Shown here piece by piece: positions 55,540 through 64,000 of a stretch of DNA of 64,000 bases (position 1 is the stretch's first letter; each line of letters starts with the position of its first letter). Under the pieces are notes generated by a model. The model had not been told where the DNA came from. It ran no database searches and saw nothing but the letters and a program-made list of their open reading frames with translations. The stretch comes from Eledone cirrhosa (taxonomy: Eukaryota). Location: assembly GCA_964016885.1 (NCBI GenBank), contig OZ024741.1, forward strand, positions 287,990,001 to 288,054,000. Direction: 5' to 3'. The position numbers and the translations under genes are program-made.

Positions 55540-56412
55540 ACTACCACGCGTATTACTTAAATGAAATTTTTTTTTTTTTTGACGCGTTTTTTATTATTTT
55601 TTTTTACTAAAGCATATAGATGTAAGTGGAGTTACTTAAATGGAAATATAACGCGTTTTTTTAATTTTTTTTTTTTATTAAAGCATATCGATGTAAGTGG
55701 AGTTACTTAAATGAAAATATAGGTGACCCTTAAAAGGGCCAAATTAGAAAACAAATTTAAGTTAATTAGAAAACAAGTCATGGTTATCAAATAAATTGGA
55801 TTTAATCATTTATATTTTCATAGTCATGGTTATCAATGTAGAAAACAAGTCATTTTCACCAACAGTGGAATTACTTCTGACAGCTAATACCATGAACTTA
55901 AATGAATTTTCACCAACAGTGGAGTTACTTCTGACAGCTAATACCATGAACTATATTTTCATAGTCATGGTTATCAATGTAGAAAACAAGTCATTTTCAC
56001 CAACAGTGGAGTTAACTTAAATGAAAATATAGGTGGCCCTTAAAAGGGCCAAATTGTTAATGGAATTAACCATCGCGATCTTTCCATCGCTACCGCTACT
56101 ACAGCAGATACCATCAATCTCCATGGGGATTGTCTCTTGTCTCCATGTGGACTGTATCCATGCTTTTGAATAAGGTTGGTGAAAAAAATTTGTTTTCTAA
56201 ACATTTCTTCATAAATGTATAGGGTTGGTGAAAAAAATTTGATAACCATAAATTTGTTTTCTAATTTGGCCCCTTTAAGGGCTACCTATATTTTCATTTA
56301 AGTTAACTCCACTGTTGGTGAAAATGACTTGTTTTCTACATTAATAACCATGACTATGAAAATATAGTTCATGGTATTAGCTGTCAGAAGTAACTCCACT
56401 GTTGGTGAAAAT
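55540..56412. repeat. Modular tandem plus inverted repeat cluster (foldback-like)
   Basis: Modules such as TTTTCACCAACAGTGGAGTTA and TCATGGTTATCAATGTAGAAAACAAG recur; ~56250-56412 is an inverted copy of ~55905-56055 and ~55710-55760. Confidence 0.75.
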
Positions 56413-56797
56413 TACAATAGGTGGATTAATTTGGAAGAATGTTTAGGGGCCAGTGGTTTTGATAACTGTTTGATAACATTATCCGTTGTTATAAGTGTGT
56501 GTGTGTGTGCTGAAGTTGGTGTTTTAAATATTAGTGCACATAAGATATTAAAATATTAACTGAACAAGTGAGCAGAGTGTAAGATATATTTTCTGAAGAA
56601 AGACGTGGCAGTGGTTTCAAAGTATATATTAGATAAGGACACACACAAACAACGTAGAAATAGCAAGTGACAACTGGTAATCTAACTCAGTGTTGTTTTT
56701 CTGATTAACGTTCGAATACCTTCTTATTATGCTACCACAATTGCATTATATTGAAGAGGTAATAGATTAGATGTTGTCTTCCATGTTTCTTCTACAA

Positions 56798-57235
56798 CTA
56801 CAAGCGATGGGGCCCATCCACAGCCCCGGCGGACAGAATGGAGAAGGCGTTTCCCCGGTGGGCAGCGAGGGCGACGTGCTGGAAGAGCCACTCCAACTCG
56901 CGGGGCTCACACCTGCAGCTGGCCAGCTTAGCGCCTATAGTGGTCAGTAAGGAGGTAGCCCTGGGGCCAAGGACACCAGAAGTCTCCGCTGCCAGGGGTA
57001 CGACCACAAACTTGTCGGAGAGAGACCGGTATTTGAGGAGTTTGGCCACCTCAGCCCGACGTGCAGCAGAACATGGGTCAGTCGCAGACTGCACCAGGTT
57101 GCGACTGCAGAAAGTGTCGGTGCAAGTGGCATCCCAGACGAGGGGTTTGCCACCGCGGAACGGGAAGATGGCCATACCATCTGGCCTTTTGCCGTCCCCT
57201 CGATCCAGCCCCACCGGCTCGAGCTGGTAACAAAG
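56798..57235 (-). mobile_element. C-terminal restriction-like endonuclease domain of an RLE (CRE/R2-group) non-LTR retrotransposon
   Basis: EPVGLDRGDGKRPDG...LVWDAT, AE..K..KY, PLAAETSGVLGP, RGNA; GC-rich island. Confidence 0.85.
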
Positions 57236-57888
57236 TTCAGTAATTGATTCAGGCAATCAGTAGAAGTAATTGTTAAAACTCTGAAATCATTGTCATCCTC
57301 TTCTTAAGAATATCGTGTAAATACATGGGAGAAACTGTGTGGTTGGTTGTTGGTGAGACACAAGGTGGGGCTTAATCAACACTGGTTGGATCACCTGGGC
57401 AACGGTGTATGATGTTGAAACACCTAAATTACTCAATGACCCCAGGTCACGTCACTGATGATGCGTCCCAGCTCATCCACATGGTTGTATCTTGCTCATA
57501 TGTATGTGGCTGATTAGTTAAGGAGTTTGCTTTGCAACATGTCAGTTCTGGGTTCAGTCCCTGCTTAATGACACATTGTGTAAGTGGCTTCTATTATAGC
57601 TTCAAGTGGATTAATGCTTTGTTATTAGAATTTGGTAGACAGAAACTGCAGAAGCCTGTCATATGTATGTGTTTGTGTGTTTACAATATGTGTCTGGGTC
57701 TATGTTCCGTAACTTAGCAGTTCGACAAATAAGAGATTGATAAAGTAAGTGCCAGACTTGAGCAAATAAGTACTGGGATTCATAAAATTGATTGAATCAA
57801 AACAGTACCCAGTATCTCCATAGTCAAATAACAAACAAAACAAAACAAGAAACATTTAGTGTGTATGGGTTAACCTCCCCCCCCCCCC

Positions 57889-58275
57889 CACTGTAAAGTG
57901 GTTGTGCAGGTGTCGCAACAAAAAGCACCCAGTCCATACTGTAAAGTGGTTGTGTAGGTGTCACGTCAAAAAGCACCCAGTCCACTCTGTAAAGTGGTTG
58001 TGTAGGTGTCACGACAAAAAGCACCCAGTCCACACTGTAAAGTGGTTGTGTAGGTGTCACAACAAAAAGCACCCAGTCCACACTGTAAAGTGGTTGTGTA
58101 GGTGTCACGACAAAAAGCATCCAGTCCACACTGTAAAGTGGTTGTGTAGGTGTCACGACAAAAAGCACCCAGTCCACACTGTAAAGTGGTTGTGTAGGTG
58201 TCACGACAAAAAGCACCCAGTCCACACTATAAAGTAGTTGTGTAGGTACTATGGTAAAAAAGCACCCAGCACTCA
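57889..58275 (+). repeat. 48-bp minisatellite (~8 units) expanded inside a SINE-like element
   Basis: Unit CACTGTAAAGTGGTTGTGTAGGTGTCACGACAAAAAGCACCCAGTCCA; runs into ...GAAGGGCATCCAGCTGTAGAAA, which occurs with a single unit at ~15675-15775. Confidence 0.9.
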
Positions 58276-58995
58276 CTGTAAATGAGGTTGGTGTTAAAGA
58301 AGGGCATCCAGCTGTAGAAACCGAGCCAAAATCAGTCCTGTAAGAGCAAGACATGGTCACTTGACCTAGCATTGCCCCCACAACAGTACAACCTGTCTAA
58401 CCCATGCTAGTGTGGAAACATTGATGTAAAACGGTGATGATAATATATATATCATCATCATCATCATCATTTTACGTCCGCTTTTCCCTGCTTGCAAGAT
58501 ACACACACACGCACATATTTATAAATTGCGTTCAAGGACATGCATAGACCGACAGAGAAAGAGAGCGTGACAAATAATTAAGTTGAAAAACACCAACACT
58601 CAAACAATTGTAGAGGCAGAGACACACAGCAACACAAATAAATGTAGTAGACACAGAAATACACAAACAACTGTAGAAGCAGACACACACACACACACAA
58701 ACACAAACAACTGTAGAAGCAGACACACACACACACACAAACACAAACAACTGTAGAAGCAGACACATACACACAACAACACACACAAATGTAGAAATAG
58801 AAAAACACAGAAGCAGACACACACATAGATACATAAACATAGCCTAGTATAGAATAGGTATTAAATTACATAATACTTACGTTCTATATATTCACTCTGT
58901 GTATGTCTTCACTTTTCTTTTCTTTTCCTCACACACATACATACATGCATACACATACAAGGGCCATAGTTTAATTCTGAAGAGTGTGTAAGTGC

Positions 58996-59035
<40 letters not shown>

Positions 59036-59239
59036 AGAGGAGATGATGACAAAGGACTGTGACGAATGGAGAGATGCTGTGCTGAATAGGACCCATCCCA
59101 CCTTTGCAAGCAGGGAAAAGTGGATGTAAAATGATAATGATGATGATATACACCAGGTCCAAACACAAAGGAACCAAACTCCCACTGTCACTGTTTCTGT
59201 CTTTCTTGCTCTCACTATTATGAGCAATTGGGGGGGCCA

Positions 59240-59620
59240 TACGTTGGCTTCCCTGTGGCCCCAGTGGACTGACCGCCCAGCAGACAGAACAGAGAAGGTG
59301 TTTCCCCTGAAGATGGTGAGGGAGACGGACTGGAAGAACCATTCCAGCTCGCGAAGCTTACACCTGCATGTAGCAAACTCTGTGCTGATGGTGGTAAACA
59401 GGTAGGTGACCCTAGAGTCAAAGACACCAGCTACGGGCTCAACCACAAACCTATCAGAGAGTGAAAGATATTTTGAGAGTTTACCCTCCTCTGCCCGAAG
59501 TGCAGCAGAGCCTGGATTAGTCACAGACTGCACCAGGTTGCCACTGTAAAATGTGTCGCTGCATGTGGCATCCTAGATGAGGGATTTACCACTGCAGAAC
59601 AGGAAGATAGTCATGCTATC
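59240..59620 (-). mobile_element. Second, more degenerate copy of the same RLE domain
   Basis: PGSAALRAEEGKLSKYLSLSDRFVVEP...RELEWFFQ...RGN. Confidence 0.8.
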
Positions 59621-59889
59621 TATCACCACCACACTGTTAGATTAGCTAACTAGTTCAGGACTTACCTATAAGCTAAATAAACTATAACTTAGGGTCACAC
59701 ATCCTCAGGGACCTCATTTTAAAAAATATATTTTTATTTTATCATTAGTTATTTTATTCTTTAACACCAAATCATCAAAAATTATATATACATATAAATA
59801 ATACACACACACCTATATATATATATCTGTGTAATTTTATAAGAATAAAGGAACAAAGAATCAGTGCTGCATCATAACATATTTAATAA

Positions 59890-59979
59890 CATATTACAGA
59901 TGTTTCACTATCAATCAGCTTGAGGAACGACCTATTATTGACCGAGCCTGGCTCGGTAATCGAAAGATCATCAGATATG
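59890..59979 (-). ncRNA. Hammerhead-like motif with a long, branched stem II (family also 13958-14049, 51858-51948, ~1555-1642, all on -)
   Basis: CATAT-CTGATGA-(~60 nt)-GAAA-CATCTG-TA-ATATG; 5-bp stem I. Confidence 0.6.
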
Positions 59980-60039
59980 GTTTCCTATGTAATCTTGTCT
60001 CTGATTCTAACATTAATAAAAAAAAATATATATATATTT

Positions 60040-62170
60040 TTTAGAGAAGGGCTCCAAATTTCATGTAGCTGAGGGCCTCAGCAGGTGAAAGTCCAGTCAT
60101 GTAATTAACCCTACCATGACTGCTATTGGATGTATAAGTAAATATTTTTGACATAACTATACCAAAACGATTGGTAACTGGTGTAGCCAGTTGTTGGGGC
60201 ATATGCACCACAATTGGGACTATCAGATGGACTAACAAAATGACTTCACGAATCCCTAATGAAGACTACTTCCTTAGTGAGTGACAAAGAACTCTTAATA
60301 ATAGCAGAAGACTTTAATGGACTTATTGGGCAGCAGAGTAATGACATCTACAGGATTCACAGAGGTTATGGCTTTGGTGCAAGAAATGAGGAAGGATCCT
60401 GGCTCCTGGAATTCTGCAATGCTAATGAACCAATAATCTGTAACACTAACTTCAAAAATCCCAACAACCACTTGATCACCTATAGATCAGGTGAGCATAC
60501 CAGCCAAATAGATTTCATCTTCACCAGAAGGTGAGATAGTATTGGTTGTAAACACCAAACCCCTCCTTGGTGAGGAATGCACCTCCCAATATAATCTAGT
60601 AGTCAGCAATTTTTAATGGCTAGATAAACTCAGAAACAGAGAGCAACCTGGAGGAGAAGATACGGAGGTTGAATGAGGCCTCAGCCTGTAACAAATTTAG
60701 GAATGCTTTTGATAATAAGTAAGAAGATATAGTGACATACAACTTAGAGGAGCAGTGGTAGTTCTTGAGAGAGAATCTACTGAAGGCCACAAATGAGGTA
60801 TGTGGTTGAAGCAGAGGTCCAGGGAGTAGAAGAGTGGCTTGGTGTTGGAATAGTAGGGTGGATGAAACAGTTAAAGGCAAGAGACAGGTATGGAAGACAT
60901 GGAAAGTGGGGGAAGCAAAGAACTTTATTGAGAGGCAACAAATACACTTTGCAAGGTAGAAAATAAAAAGTTTATGTATGTGAGGATCAAAGACGTGAGA
61001 TGTTCAGAATCATGAGGCAGTGTGTCAGGAAAATTGTGATGTTGTTGGGGAGAAGTGTGTCCAATATGACAATGATGCACTTACCTTCACTGATGCCAAA
61101 AAAAAAGGAAGCATGGAAGTGTCATTGTGAGAGACTGATGAATGTGGAGAATTGTGGGTAGAAGATAGCTGCCCTAAGTGGACCCAACAGAGGAACCAGC
61201 TGTACAAATGAGCAGCAGTGTAGTAAGTAAGGCAATTAAGAATATGAAGACATGCAAAGCAGCTGAGCCATTTGGAATAGTTGCTGAGATACTGAAAGAA
61301 TCTGGGATGGTAAGTCCACCATAACCACCAATATTGTAAACCAAATAATTGTTTCTACTTTAGGCACAAGGCCAGCAATTACCCAGTGCATTACTGGTAC
61401 TTTATTTTATTGACCCCGTAAGGATGAAAGGCAAAGTCAACCTCGGCGGGATTTGAACTCAGATGTAAAGGGATGTAACTATGCTGGAAAGCATGGCATC
61501 CGACCTACTGATACTGCCAACAAACCAAATAATACAAAATTGTGCTATACCTAATGACTAGCTTAGCAGCAGCATCATCAACTGCTACAAAGGCAATGTG
61601 ATGCTCTAGACAGAGAAAACTACCGAGGTATCAAACTGATGGACCAAGTGATGAAAGTTACTGAAAGAATCATTGTATAACTGATTAGAGATCGAATTAA
61701 CCTAGATGAGATGCAGTTTTGATTTGTGTCAGGTAAAAGTACCACAGATGCCCTCTTCCTTGTGAGGCAACTGCAGGAAAGGTACCTTGCAAAAAGTAAA
61801 CCCCTCTACTTGGCACTTGTTGATGTGGAAAGCTTTTAACAAAGTCTCCTGTTCTGTAATCTGGTGGGCACTTAAGAAACTGAGAATAGAAGAGTGATTT
61901 GTGAGGCAGTACAAGTCATGTACAGAAGTGCAGTCAGTAAGGTTAAAATTAATAATGATTATAGAGAGGAGTTTAGTGTGCAAGTAGGGTTGCACTAATC
62001 CTTAACATTCTCTAGGCTATAACAGAGAAGTTTAAAATAGGATGCCTTTGGGAACTCCTGTATGCTGATGATATAACTCTCATAGCTGAATCTATGGTAG
62101 AAGTAGAGAAAAAATTCCTGACTTGGAAGCATAACTTGGAATCAAAAGGTCTTAAAGTCAATGTTATTAA
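60040..62170 (+). mobile_element. Degenerate RTE-clade LINE (APE endonuclease plus RT)
   Basis: LIIAEDFNG.IG, GYGFGARNEEG, ICNTNF, ITYRSG..SQIDFI; later NYRGIKLM, STTDALF..RQLQE, ELLYADD. Confidence 0.85.
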
Positions 62171-62378
62171 CTCTACCATAAACAGGTGGTTACCAGTATA
62201 TTATATATGGATTGGCAGTATCAGTTGAGCGTCAGACACCATGCTTTGCAGCACAGAGTTATGGCCCTTTACGTTCTGAGTTAAAATCCCATTGAGGTTA
62301 ACTTTGCCTTCATCCTTACGGGGTTGAAAGCACCAGTAATTGCTAGCCTTGTACCAAAAGTAGAAACAATTATATATA

Positions 62379-64000
62379 TCTATATATATAAATCTGAGGA
62401 TGTGTTTGTTAAGGTTTGTAACGGATTCACGTCCACAATTTCCAACGGATTCTATTCAAAGTTGGGACAATTATTGCTTTTGGTCAGGAAAAGGTCATGA
62501 AGCAAATAAATTTCAAATCCATCAACAATAAGGGCAAAAATCGATCATGATCATCCCCCCTCTCTATAATTTAACTGCTTTACTCTCTCTGTCGCTCTTC
62601 ACTCCTTATATGGCAACACTGCAGAGAGAGAAACAGTGTGTATGATCAAATGGAGCATTCCATATGTTCCCTCTCTCTATAATTTAACTGCTTTACTCTC
62701 TCTGTCGCTCTTCACTCCCTATATGACAACACTGCAGTGGAGCGTTCCGTATTGACATACGGCTTATCTGGGCATTTTCAATCGGCTTATTGCAAATAAC
62801 AACCCGCAAAATAACACTTCATATAACAGATTAATGCTATAGACATATGAATTGGAATGTAACCCTTGAACTTTTTCCTGGGCAAAATTATTCGAACAGA
62901 CATGACCTCATTGCCAGAGTGTTCAGACTGAAACTGGCTAAACTCATTAAAAAGGGTCAGGTATTTGGGGCTGTAAAATGTGACATGTTCACCGTCGAAT
63001 GGCAAAAACGAGGGCTGCCACATGCTCACATTTTGATTTGGTTAACTGATAAAATCAATTCAAATGCCATAGACAGCTTCATTTCGGCTGAAATCCCTAA
63101 CCCAGCAACTGACCAGGTTTCTTCAAACTTAGCCAGTTCAATACATTTGCGCAAACAATTGTGTACCCCCAGGTTCCATCCTACTTTATATGGTGCAAAG
63201 AAAGTCAGGTCAGGCTGTTGAAAGACATCCTGGTGTTAAATTTTGACAGCTGTCTTGGAAGGGTTTTCACTGTGCCCCCAAGTCTGCATGAGTGCTTTCA
63301 TCTCCGCCTTCTTCTGCATGTAGTTGTAGGCCCACAAAGTTTTCAGGACCTCAAAACTGTTGATGGAGAAATATGTGATACGTACCTGGAAGCCTGCTTT
63401 AAGCGAGGTCTTTTGGAAGATGATTTGCAATGGGATTCCACTTTAGCAGAGGATGCTTTGTTGAAATCACCTAAAGGTCTACGGGAACTCTTTGCCATTT
63501 TGCTTCAAAAGTGTGAATTGGGTGATTCCAAATCTTTATGGGTCAAGTACAGAGACTTCATGTCTGAGGACTTCCTGCGCCTGGCTCATCTGCAGTATCC
63601 TTCAGTGGAAGTTGGTTACAGCAACATTATCTACAACAGGGCACTCATTGATATCGAGGATGCCCTCCTCGACATGGGTCGGAGTGAGTTGGCGACATAT
63701 GGCTTGCCGTCAACCGTCAGAGAGGAAGCTAACATATTGGCCCCGGATTTGTTGCGGGAAACAGCATATGATATCGAATCTCTTTCCCAATACTTAGAGG
63801 AAAATGAGCCCAAACTATCATTGACGCGATTCAAAATCAGACTGGGGGTATTTACTTTCTCAATGCTCCTGGGGGTAGCAGAAAAACTTTTCTAACAAAA
63901 TTGATTCTTGCTAAGATTCGTCAGGAGAAAAAAATTGCGTTGGCCGTTGCATCATCTGGGATCGCTGCTACTTTGCTGCCGGGAGGCAGGACAGCACATT
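62379..64000 (+). mobile_element. Helitron with disrupted Rep/Helicase fragments, running off the window
   Basis: A|TC 5' end; RHDLIARVF, EWQKRGLPHAHIL (HUH motif), LRLLL....GP.SF.DLKTVDG, GLLEDD..W, FLNAPGG, AVASSGIAATLLPGGRTAH. Confidence 0.92.

Noticed and set aside
56798-57256. GC-rich foreign nuclease gene
   Set aside because: Matches the RLE domain of non-LTR retrotransposons, is 5'-truncated, and has a decayed second copy at 59240-59620.
57889-58275. CRISPR-like regularly spaced repeats
   Set aside because: Units are contiguous and near-identical with no unique spacers, there are no cas genes, and the context is a eukaryotic SINE.

Overview
AT-rich, microsatellite-dense animal genomic DNA. 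The SINE repertoire looks like that of an octopod cephalopod (inference). Host genes: a two-exon MED9 (2820-7137, +); an intronless GEMIN6 only 495 bp downstream on the same strand (7633-8400); a probable divergent micro-exon at 2505-2521 (-), suggesting a bidirectional promoter; and two intronless myo-inositol oxygenase (MIOX) paralogues in divergent orientation 35 kb apart, which share an almost identical 832-bp tract but have different N-termini. The rest is mostly transposon debris: about 20 copies of one tRNA-derived SINE, LINE fragments (RTE-, CR1/L2-, R4- and RLE-type), five Helitron derivatives, a mariner remnant and several Penelope-like elements (PLEs). The most striking unannotated layer is about 20 hammerhead-ribozyme (HHR)-like motifs from many families, usually next to (TA)n tracts. 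They include two non-coding direct-repeat, retrozyme-like elements, families with greatly extended stem II, and a family with a U3:A8 compensatory core. About ten foldback inverted repeats are also present. All alignments and folds were done by eye, so repeat boundaries are approximate.
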